Below, piece by piece: positions 10,260 to 19,388 of a stretch of 64,000 bases of DNA. A program made the translations under genes and the position numbers. Every line of letters starts with the position of its first letter. Positions within the stretch are counted from its first letter, which is position 1. This DNA is from Barthelona sp. PCE (Eukaryota), in contig JAUFOR010000005.1 of assembly GCA_040285745.1 (NCBI GenBank), positions 310,001-374,000 of the forward strand, read 5' to 3'. The notes beneath the pieces are model-generated. The model was not told where the DNA came from and made no database searches. It saw nothing but the letters and a program-made list of their open reading frames with translations.

Positions 10260-11417
10260 TTATTTATAGTGTTCTGCTGCAAATTCTGCGATGCTAGGAT
10301 GTGTTCTCTTGTTAAAAATGGATTCATTCTGCAAAATAAGCTGTTCTTGATACATTTCCTCAAAGGAACGATCGTTTTGTATCAAACTCAGGTTCTTTTC
10401 CTCGAACTTTTCCAATAATTCATTCCATGTAATCTTTTTATCCAAAAACTTTTCATAAATTACCTTTTCCTTAATGGTCAAGTCGAAAATGGGTACATCT
10501 AAAAAGTCCGACATAAGTTTTTGAACCTTAACAGCGGTCTCAGTAGGATCAGTAGCCTGCATCTGAGGCAAAATATGAATATTACAAGTTACTGGACGAC
10601 TAGTAAGCATAGCAAGAACCATGGGCCAAAAAGAACCGACATCAAAAGCAGGGTTGCTCTCTTTCCAATCGTATGAGAAGACCATGGGGTGGAAAACGTT
10701 CTCGTTATGGAATGCACCGCGATTAAAACGCATTAAACCACAGTTATTGCTGGTGGTACCTTCAGGAAAAATCATGACACTTGGGCCTGTAATATCACAT
10801 TTTGTGCGTGCCTTGATGATACGGCCGGCCAAAGAACGTGATTCAGGATCAAGACGATCAACAAAAATGGATTCCATCCCCAACAACAAAGAAGAAAGAA
10901 AAGGTGCTTTCTTTAGGTTGTGATTGACGATGCATGAGCAGCCAAACTGCCTGACTAGGATGACAGGATCCATAAAAGAAGTATGGTTGGCCACGAATAG
11001 TTTAACATTCTTGTCACGTTTACCAGTGACTTTAACCTTAACACGACCACCAGCAGTGAGGCCCCAGCCGACGAAACGGCACAATCCCTGATTAATTCTG
11101 ACAACCCAACGAGGTAAATCTGAATATCCAGTTTCTTCATTCAATTTAGTACGTTTTCTAAAGGGGAAAAGTAGAATTTTTGACAAAATACCACCAATGA
11201 TGAGGGGTACAAGCATTAAAACAACACGAATCCAACCATACAAAAAAAACTTAATGAAGCGGTTGACTTTAAAGTACGTACCACGTTTTAAATGGCGGAA
11301 AAACGGGAAAAAAGTGGACAACTCCTCCTTACAGATCGGAGGGTCTTGTTTATCGGCAGGAAGAAAATCCTTGTTCAAAAATCCTTTCTTGGCAACGGGT
11401 AAAGCATCACTGGACAT
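10260..11417 (-). CDS. Lysophospholipid acyltransferase (LPCAT/LPEAT family)
   Basis: NHTSFMD and IFPEGTTSN...F..GAF PlsC motifs, N-terminal TM segment; ATG 11417 preferred over TTG 11438. Confidence 0.88.
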   Translation of the reverse strand: MSSDALPVAKKGFLNKDFLPADKQDPPICKEELSTFFPFFRHLKRGTYFKVNRFIKFFLYGWIRVVLMLVPLIIGGILSKILLFPFRKRTKLNEETGYSDLPRWVVRINQGLCRFVGWGLTAGGRVKVKVTGKRDKNVKLFVANHTSFMDPVILVRQFGCSCIVNHNLKKAPFLSSLLLGMESIFVDRLDPESRSLAGRIIKARTKCDITGPSVMIFPEGTTSNNCGLMRFNRGAFHNENVFHPMVFSYDWKESNPAFDVGSFWPMVLAMLTSRPVTCNIHILPQMQATDPTETAVKVQKLMSDFLDVPIFDLTIKEKVIYEKFLDKKITWNELLEKFEEKNLSLIQNDRSFEEMYQEQLILQNESIFNKRTHPSIAEFAAEHYK

Positions 11418-11527
11418 TATAAGCGAATGAGACCACAAGGAAGTGCAAAAATGTGCAAAAATAGGTGAAATGGGTGAAAAAGCTTGATTGCAAGTTTTGT
11501 TTCCTTTTCGAAAAATCTGTCAACCAC

Positions 11528-11860
11528 ATGGAGAACGTTATACGGCAGCGGGCAATTGTTGATCTTGAAGAAGATCGTCTTATTGAAGAGATGGGGAAAT
11601 CCAAGAAAAGAGATGTTCTTGTTATTTTTAGAGTTTTAGATATTGAACAGCAGAACAGAATCGTCTTAAAGCTCCTTAAGGGCCTGGAAACAACGACAAA
11701 GCTTGATGTTTGTGAACATATTTTACTAATGGTTATTTCTCATCTCAATATTTCACTTCGGGATAGCGTTCTTCAACGTCTTGAAAGTCTGAGATACACT
11801 TCTAAATACGATACAACACGTCGTGCAGCATTACGCATAATTTTTGAAATCACCAAATGA
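11528..11860 (+). CDS. Hypothetical helical protein
   Basis: ORF fills the gap between convergent and divergent neighbours; first in-frame ATG at 11528; no motif recognised. Confidence 0.55.
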   Translation: MENVIRQRAIVDLEEDRLIEEMGKSKKRDVLVIFRVLDIEQQNRIVLKLLKGLETTTKLDVCEHILLMVISHLNISLRDSVLQRLESLRYTSKYDTTRRAALRIIFEITK

Positions 11861-11872
11861 ACAATTTTTACT

Positions 11873-13429
11873 CTAATATACATCTGTAATTTTACGTTCC
11901 TTGTTAATACAACCAAGAGAAAGTTGAATTGGTGCAACAGTTAAACCTTGAGTCTTACGTTGCTCAATAAGATCTTCTCCGTAAGCATGTAATAAACGTT
12001 GATAATCCTCTTCTTCTTCTTGTTCATTTGAGAATATAGCATCATCCAAAGCCTTTTCTCTCCTTCTACGCTTGTTAACACGCTCGATCTGCCTCAAACG
12101 ATCCTTTTTCAATTGTAAAGCTCGTGATTCCGCCAGAGCTTGTTCTTCAGCATCATTAACAGCATATTCATCTGCTAATCGCTGTAGTTCTCTTTTCTCA
12201 AACTGCTTTTGTTCTCTGGCATGTTTTTCGCGTAATTGTTTCTTTAAAATTTGACGCTGTCTACCTCTTTCTATACTTTCACGTTGAAGTCGTAAACGTT
12301 CTTGTTTGGCACGTTCAGCCTCATCTCTATACTTCTCGTACTCCTTAACATCATCCAATACACGACCCTCTTCTCTTAATTTGGCCTCATCTAAGATTAC
12401 ACTGAGACGCTCGACTTCACGTCTCCTTACCTTCTCCTTCTCTTCCTCTTCTGCTGCCTTGAACTCCTTGACTGCAGCCTCGTACTCATCTCTTTGCTCC
12501 ATCAACTGCTTGTGACGTCTCTCCTCAGCTTCATGACGAAGACGCTCTTCTTGACGGAATAATTCTCTCTGCTCAAGGAACTTAATGTTCTCTTCCATGA
12601 ACTTGCGCTTACGTGTATCCACAGCGGCCTTGCGTTCGTCGTCTAAACGTCCCTGTTCTTCAAGATAAGCAAGGTACTTACGGTCTTCCTCCAACTCCAA
12701 CTCGGTTTGCTTCCTTCTCAAAGTTTCATTGACCACAAGCTGCTCCTCAAGAGCGCGCTTACCAACGACGCTCTTATCGATGATTGCCTGCTTATCACGC
12801 TCTTCACGAGCGTTCAGTTCGATCTCATGCTCTGCAACCTGACGATCGATGATGGCTTCTTGTCGATCCTGAAATTCTTGTAATGCCATCTTCCATTCAA
12901 CTTGGCGCTTGCGCTCCTCCATAACATCGGAAACAAGAACAGCTGAATTGATTTGATCGAAACGCTCGTCACGATTACGTAACTTTTCGTACGCTTCATT
13001 CAACTTCTTCTTCTGGAAATAATCCTTCTCCTCGTCCATGCGGCGGAGATCCTCACGGAGTTTCTTCTCATCTTCAGCTTCTTTGTTGTGTAAACGCTCA
13101 AGTTTCTTTTTACGTTTTGCTGAAAGAGTGTCAGGCCAACATTTAGCTCTTTCTGCTGCTTCCTGCCTCAGTTGCTCCTTGCGGGAGAGTACATTCTGAT
13201 CATATTTATGCAGAGTGACTGGAGGTTTTGTTTGATTTTTCTTGCGGATGGTATTGAGAGCAGATGCAGATACAATTGAAACCTTGGTTCTATCGTGTAC
13301 CGTGATGGGTTCGGGACCGAACAACGTTGTGTCAACAACTAGGTGTGAGATAAAAAGGGGAACTGATGCTGGTTAGCAGTTCAACATACAGGAAGGCTTG
13401 AATGTTGCTTTAATGCGCTTATGCTTCAT
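11873..13429 (-). CDS. Trichohyalin-plectin-homology coiled-coil flagellar protein (CFAP210/CCDC173-like); exons 13429-13390 and 13338-11873
   Basis: E/R/K-rich coiled coil with WPDTL motif. The track's start is TTG; splicing out 13339-13389 gives an ATG start MKHKRIKATFKPSFVDTTLFGPEP. Confidence 0.7.
13339..13389 (-). other. Spliceosomal intron (51 nt)
   Basis: GTATGT...TCTCACACCTAG; contains an in-frame TAA and removal joins the ATG exon in frame. Confidence 0.8.
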
Positions 13430-13648
13430 TTTCGTTGCTTTGATATACTGGAATAGCTTGAAAGGGTTGAAAAAAGCGTAACAAAAAAGGATAATCAGTA
13501 TACCTATGAAAACCATAGAATTGGATGTGCGCTGAGACATTATCCATAAAAAGTGGAGATAAGAACAATAAAAACTTGTAAACTACAACAACACCCTTTT
13601 CATTCAACTTTTCCAAAGCTTTTTTGCTTTTTCGCACCATTTTCTGTA

Positions 13649-14359
13649 ATGAATCAGGACAGTTCTATTCAGCAGCTTGTCGCTGCAGCAAAAATACTTA
13701 AAGCAGAAGTTAAACGATTAAGGGATGTGGAGACCCAGTTAAGAGCAGAAATAGTCTCACTCACAGAAAAGCATGATAAGCTTGAATTCGATAAGGGCTC
13801 CGAAATCGATCAGTTATCTCGACAAATAGAGGAACTGGAAAAGAACAAAGAGAAGCTCTTGAATAGCATTACTACAACACAGGCAGCACATGACGCCGAG
13901 AAACAGAACCTGGAATCACGTCTGGAAATTGAGCACGAGGATCTTCAAAAGAGCTATGTTAATACCATTGAAGAACTCCAACAAAAGATACAAGAATTAG
14001 AGAACGTGGACTCAACCATCAACCAGTTCCCAGAGGTTGAAGGTTTTTTAAAAAAAAGAGGAGCGTCCGAGCGCAGTCGTTTTTTAGAACGGTATTTAAG
14101 ATTAGATTTTATAGAAGGAGTATTCCAAGTATTGTATTATGATAGTTATGAGACGAATATGAATGGTAAATCAAAAGGAAGTATAGCAATCACACCAACT
14201 GTACGATGTTTTCAAGTTGATAATTCCAAACATGATCGACCATATTGTTTTGAGATTGCAACGGATGACAGGACTTATGTATTGCAGGCTTCATCAGAAA
14301 ACGATGCCAGGAATTGGGTTGAACAGTTGAATAAGGTGTTAGGTAACTTGAATAAATGA
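13649..14359 (+). CDS. Coiled-coil plus C-terminal PH-domain protein
   Basis: EGFLKKRG...KGSI...CFEIAT..RTYVLQASSENDARNWVEQL PH signature. Confidence 0.85.
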   Translation: MNQDSSIQQLVAAAKILKAEVKRLRDVETQLRAEIVSLTEKHDKLEFDKGSEIDQLSRQIEELEKNKEKLLNSITTTQAAHDAEKQNLESRLEIEHEDLQKSYVNTIEELQQKIQELENVDSTINQFPEVEGFLKKRGASERSRFLERYLRLDFIEGVFQVLYYDSYETNMNGKSKGSIAITPTVRCFQVDNSKHDRPYCFEIATDDRTYVLQASSENDARNWVEQLNKVLGNLNK

Positions 14360-14505
14360 TTTATTTTTTAGGTGAGGATCAAACAGTCAAAGAGTTATGT
14401 TCCGCCTTCCTTCATTCTGTTAGAAGTGCATTGGCAATAACCAACAGAGGCATAGAAATTGCATGTGAATTAAAAAGCCCCCTGGAATGAAAGTTTAAAT
14501 ATAAA

Positions 14506-14719
14506 TACTGGAGCAAGTCCCAAAAGGTTGCTGCCACGAGCCACTCTCAAAACGCAGCAAAAACGTACCCCACAACCAAGCCAATGCCCGCACGCGTCCA
14601 AAATCTTACGTGTCACGCGCTACAAGCCCTGTGAACCACATCAATAAATCTGTGAGGGGATAGAAATTCGAATGCAGTTCTGTTTCACATTCTCGCTTTC
14701 TGTCTACGCTCCACGAGTA
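14506..14719 (-). ncRNA. Candidate structured non-coding RNA, family unknown
   Basis: GC-rich, G/U-rich on the minus strand, no ORF; complementary termini (TGGAGC/GCTCCA, TACT/AGTA) and three internal stems. Confidence 0.4.
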
Positions 14720-14808
14720 TTATATCATCTATATATGCCATGTACAAGCACTGATTTTTAAGAAATACATGCTATCTCAATATTCATCTACATCATCACC
14801 GGCTATTC

Positions 14809-16923
14809 ATGCCTAGGGTTCGTAAATTCGAGGACGATCTTATCATCAGGGCATATCCCGAGGGGCAGATGATATTTGAGGGCCAGGGCGTAGTATTGCT
14901 TGAATCAAGAGAAATCACCGAAATCAGCCTCATTGAAAGCGCTATTGAAGGCAAGGACTTTGTTGGATATGTGGAGGATACGGGTGAGCCTCTTAAGTAC
15001 ACATCTAAGCTGAGAGCTGGAGAATCTTACATGATCATCGAAAAGCTTCATAACAGTGGTATTATAACCCATTTTGATATCTTATTATTTAGTGATATTA
15101 TGAGCGATGAACATACAAGAAGGAGAATATTATTCCCATTGGAGGCGAACAACTTTAGGAGGCTATTCAACAGAATAATTCCGATGGATGAAAACCACTT
15201 ACTATTCATCATTAAAGAAATCGTTAATAATAGAAGAGTGTGGCAGTGCTACATATTAAATGTTATAACCGAGGAATATAAATGTCTTGGAGAGTATAGC
15301 TTTCAATCAAACATCAATTCAAACATCTATTCAAACTACATTTTTTTAAAAAAATGCCAAGATAATACCACATGGCATTACAATTTTTCTGTTGATGACA
15401 TGGACGAAGCACATGAAGTGGATATCGAGCAGTTTCATGGTGTCCCAATATACATCAGGTGTTACAACTCGGATTGCATTTGCCTAGTTAGCTTTCGCGA
15501 TCAAGAAATTGATGAACTAATAATATTTGACAGTCAAAGGAACCGCGTTAATTTAACAGAAAGGTTTCCACAGCTTAAAGGATTGTTTATTGGTAGTAAC
15601 TCAGATTTTACATTATTGACGCTTTCTCAAGATGTTTTGTCAATGATAGTTATTTATTCAAGTTTCATGGTGGTGGTTCATATCGAAAACGACGAATTGA
15701 AGATGTTAGAGGGTGAAATGAATTTTAAGAACGTAATTTGCGATTGCTGGAAGCATATAGATTTGAATGATAATACCTTTCATCATGAAGATTGTGCTTT
15801 TTATGGTGTTGATGAAATAACAGGACGTTATGGCCCAATCAAATTTAGAGAGGCTAGTAAGGAGGTGTTTCGTTTGAAAACTATTCATCCAAGAGGAATT
15901 TTTTTTGATGGAATAGCGGAAGTGTATGATGATAACGCTTTGATAAGATGTTACTTTTTTTTTAAAGAAAGGAAGCTTATTGTGCTGCGTAGGCGTAGGA
16001 AACCGTTTTCACGTACGATATGCGAGATTCTATCAGTTCATCCAAATGAAGCAGGTGATTTTATTGTAATGGCAGAGGTACGTAGTGAAATGAATACGTA
16101 TGTCAAAATTCACTGGCATGGCTCAGAATCCAAGCCTGTAATAACCATTTTGCCTCATTGTGGTTCAGAAAACTGTGGTTTTATTCTAGGGTTGCCATTA
16201 AATGTTGACTATCGTGACGATGACACAGGCTTGGTGTATTTGGGAGAAAAGATGATTATAGAGCTTCCCCCGAATATTTATGTTCGAAGTGTTCATGGTT
16301 CACATTTTGATAATTCAGCGTGCATTGTATGTATTGAAGCAACCCATTTCTTTCAGCTCAATGTCAACGGGTATGACGTGGAGGTTCAAAAGCACATTGT
16401 TTTTGAACCTGGATATACAAGTGATGTTTACTTTAACCCTCGTCCATTGAATGAAACACCTGATCACCAGCTGTTTGTTGTACACAAAGATGGTGATGAA
16501 GCAGAAATAGAACATTTACACTGTTTAGATTGGTCAACAGGAAGCTTCTTAGAGCCTGTTCTCCTTTGGAAGGGATCACATGATGATGGAACGGAGGAAG
16601 GCAACTATTTCTATAATTTCGTGGGTGATTCATACATACACGTGAAGGGTGGTATCATTAAAGCATACGTTGAAGATGGTGCTATCAAAACAAGATTTTT
16701 CACTAACAATGATTTCACTTATGTGAATATAAGCCAAAATCATAATCTGCCTAATAACACTGTTCAAGATATATCTTACAAAGAGGAGACCAAGACAATG
16801 GTGTTGAAAACATGCAATATTGAGGAAGACCAGGAATCGATGAATCCTACAGTGGAAACGTTCCACCTTCCATCGTTCTTGGCCGAGGCATCCATCGTTG
16901 AGTATCACATGCCAGATGTTTAG
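14809..16923 (+). CDS. Lineage-specific ~700-aa protein, tandem paralog 1 (beta-rich, possibly a propeller)
   Basis: 704-aa ORF colinear with 17117-19258. Confidence 0.85.
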   Translation: MPRVRKFEDDLIIRAYPEGQMIFEGQGVVLLESREITEISLIESAIEGKDFVGYVEDTGEPLKYTSKLRAGESYMIIEKLHNSGIITHFDILLFSDIMSDEHTRRRILFPLEANNFRRLFNRIIPMDENHLLFIIKEIVNNRRVWQCYILNVITEEYKCLGEYSFQSNINSNIYSNYIFLKKCQDNTTWHYNFSVDDMDEAHEVDIEQFHGVPIYIRCYNSDCICLVSFRDQEIDELIIFDSQRNRVNLTERFPQLKGLFIGSNSDFTLLTLSQDVLSMIVIYSSFMVVVHIENDELKMLEGEMNFKNVICDCWKHIDLNDNTFHHEDCAFYGVDEITGRYGPIKFREASKEVFRLKTIHPRGIFFDGIAEVYDDNALIRCYFFFKERKLIVLRRRRKPFSRTICEILSVHPNEAGDFIVMAEVRSEMNTYVKIHWHGSESKPVITILPHCGSENCGFILGLPLNVDYRDDDTGLVYLGEKMIIELPPNIYVRSVHGSHFDNSACIVCIEATHFFQLNVNGYDVEVQKHIVFEPGYTSDVYFNPRPLNETPDHQLFVVHKDGDEAEIEHLHCLDWSTGSFLEPVLLWKGSHDDGTEEGNYFYNFVGDSYIHVKGGIIKAYVEDGAIKTRFFTNNDFTYVNISQNHNLPNNTVQDISYKEETKTMVLKTCNIEEDQESMNPTVETFHLPSFLAEASIVEYHMPDV

Positions 16924-16928
16924 TAATG
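16843..16928 (+). repeat. 86-nt near-identical repeat at paralog 3' ends (second copy 19178-19263)
   Basis: Manual alignment shows 4 mismatches in 86 nt, extending past the stop (TAGTAATG). Confidence 0.9.
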
Positions 16929-17116
16929 ACGTAATAAATAGCTTTCATAATATTTGAGTATTATTGTATTATACAATAATCTACCATTACACTGACCATA
17001 CTAAGCTCAATATCTTCTAAGACACAAAGTATTATTACTATTAATGCATTAATTATGCATGGAATCCATGCTATCTCCTTTTTCCTTTATTTCATCCACA
17101 ACCAACTTTCTTGTAT

Positions 17117-19258
17117 ATGCCTCGCATTCGTAAATTCGAGGATGACCTTATCATCGGGTCCTTTTCCGAGGGGCAAATCTTTTTTGAGGGTCAAGGTGTT
17201 CGAATGGTAAAAACCCGTGAAGATACCCATATCAAATATCTCATTGACACTGTTGATGGTGAAGAATTTTGTGGATATGTTGAAAAAATGTGTGAACCAA
17301 TGCAATATAATTACAAGCGAAAAGCAGGAGCAGGATTTATGTTAATACAACTACATTTTGAGGAAGGTAATCGATTAACTGAACTTGAAATCAAATATTT
17401 CAACGAAATCAACAGTGATGAATATTCAACCAGAAGGATTCGTTTCCCTTTTGATGATTTGAATAATATGGAAACATATATTTCAAGCGAATTTATTCCA
17501 TTAGATGAAAACCATATTTTTTTTACTATCACTTATGTTGATGAAGAACACCAGAATGGGCAAGCGACTTATTGTAACATTTTAAATATAATAACAGAAC
17601 AGAACAGATACATTGTTGGAGAATACGAGCTTTACTCCCTCAATACTATTTTTTCCACTGGTTTTCTGATACTAACCAGGTTCGAAGAAGATGATTTTTT
17701 GTTATTTCACTACAATTTCTGCGTTGATGATATGGACGATACCCATGAGCCAGATATCGTACAGCTAGAAGGTTTCCATAATCACATTTGTATAGGATGT
17801 TATAATGCTGAATGTGTTTGTTTTGCTGTTTTTAACGAAGGATTTGAAGAATTGATCATTTTTGACCGTCAAAGAAACCGTGTTGACTTACTAGAAAGAT
17901 TCCCACAGTTGAGAGACATAAAAACAAACTACTTTTCTAGTTTTGCCTTGTTCACATTGACACAAGATGTATTTTCTGCGCTCTTCAATGATGGCTCAGT
18001 TTGTACTGTTGTTCATATTAAGGACGGGAAGCTGAAGACATCAACTGGTGATTTGGGCATTTATGATGTTCGTTGTGCTGACGCTAAACTCATTGACTTG
18101 ATGAATTCTTTTCACGATGAAAAGTGCCAGTTTTATGGAGTTTGTTGTGCTACGGCTGTTTATGGGAATACAAAGTTTAGAAATATCAGTAACGAAGTGA
18201 TGCACTTACAAAATTTTTGGCCTCATAGCGTAATGTATGATGGGACAGCACGTTTTTCAGATTACAGTAGGAAAAGACAGTGTTACTTTTACTTCAAAGA
18301 AAAAAGGGTAGTCATACATAAAAGCGTTATGACAAAAAATAATTTAGTGAATTACTCAGAGTTATCAATGCACCCGGTTGAGGAAGATCATTTTTTTATG
18401 GTTGCACAGACTTATGGAATACAAGAGGAATCAGAAATAGTTAAAATACACTGGGAAGGTTCAGAATCAAAACCAATAATAACTCCGTATGAACATGTTG
18501 GGTTAAACTGTATTGGTTTAGTTTTTGGGTTAACATTTACTATTGAGTACAGTGAAAATATTTGTCAAGGTTATATTTGTAATACAAAAGTTTTGGAGCT
18601 TCCACCAAATGAGCACATCAATTATTGCAAGCCTTTAGTCTCTGGAAATTATGTATGTGTTAACTGTACTGGTTCAACACACTTTTTACAAATTCTGATT
18701 AATGAAAATGATGTTGAGGTCCAAAAGCACATCACTTTGCATCATAACCATGCTGTTACGAATGTAATCTACAGTCATCATTTATTAACAGAAACACCTG
18801 ATCACCAGCTCTTTGTTATGTACAGATACAATGATGATGGTGAAGAACAATGTTTGCATTGTTTGGATTGGTCAACGGGCAACTTTTTGGAACCAATTTT
18901 GTTATATAAATTTTCAAATGTTGGGGAAGGTAACTGTTTCTCAAATTTCATAGGTGATTCATACATTCGAGTAGATAAAGGTATTAATAAGGTGTCCATT
19001 GTTAATGGCGTAATTGAAATGCAATTTTTTACAAATACTTTCTTGCCAAATATCACCAACGATATGAACAACAACCTAAATCTGCCTAATAATGTTGTTC
19101 AGGAAATGAAATACGAAGAAGAAACCAAAACAATGGTGTTGAAAACGTATAACGTTGAGGAAGATCCAGAATCGATCAATCCCACAGTGGAAACGTTCCA
19201 CCTTCCATCGTTCCTGGCCGAGGCGTCCATCGTTGAGTATCACATGCCAAATGTTTAG
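17117..19258 (+). CDS. Lineage-specific ~700-aa protein, tandem paralog 2
   Basis: Shares MPRxRKFEDDLII at the N-terminus and NPTVETFHLPSFLAEASIVEYHMP at the C-terminus with paralog 1. Confidence 0.85.
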   Translation: MPRIRKFEDDLIIGSFSEGQIFFEGQGVRMVKTREDTHIKYLIDTVDGEEFCGYVEKMCEPMQYNYKRKAGAGFMLIQLHFEEGNRLTELEIKYFNEINSDEYSTRRIRFPFDDLNNMETYISSEFIPLDENHIFFTITYVDEEHQNGQATYCNILNIITEQNRYIVGEYELYSLNTIFSTGFLILTRFEEDDFLLFHYNFCVDDMDDTHEPDIVQLEGFHNHICIGCYNAECVCFAVFNEGFEELIIFDRQRNRVDLLERFPQLRDIKTNYFSSFALFTLTQDVFSALFNDGSVCTVVHIKDGKLKTSTGDLGIYDVRCADAKLIDLMNSFHDEKCQFYGVCCATAVYGNTKFRNISNEVMHLQNFWPHSVMYDGTARFSDYSRKRQCYFYFKEKRVVIHKSVMTKNNLVNYSELSMHPVEEDHFFMVAQTYGIQEESEIVKIHWEGSESKPIITPYEHVGLNCIGLVFGLTFTIEYSENICQGYICNTKVLELPPNEHINYCKPLVSGNYVCVNCTGSTHFLQILINENDVEVQKHITLHHNHAVTNVIYSHHLLTETPDHQLFVMYRYNDDGEEQCLHCLDWSTGNFLEPILLYKFSNVGEGNCFSNFIGDSYIRVDKGINKVSIVNGVIEMQFFTNTFLPNITNDMNNNLNLPNNVVQEMKYEEETKTMVLKTYNVEEDPESINPTVETFHLPSFLAEASIVEYHMPNV

Positions 19259-19388
19259 TAATGTAAACAACAAAGCAGTAATTTAGATATTTGCAGATAT
19301 AGAAGAAAACAGAAAACTAGAATAATTGAAAACTGATTTTTAAACTGATTGGTTGTCTGACAAAGTGTGTGGTACATTCATATCTCCT

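Noticed and set aside
14343-14490. Possible 29-nt intron extending the PH protein by ~39 aa
   Set aside because: Donor GTAACT and acceptor lack the GTATG and -8 branch consensus; the PH domain is already complete at the TGA.
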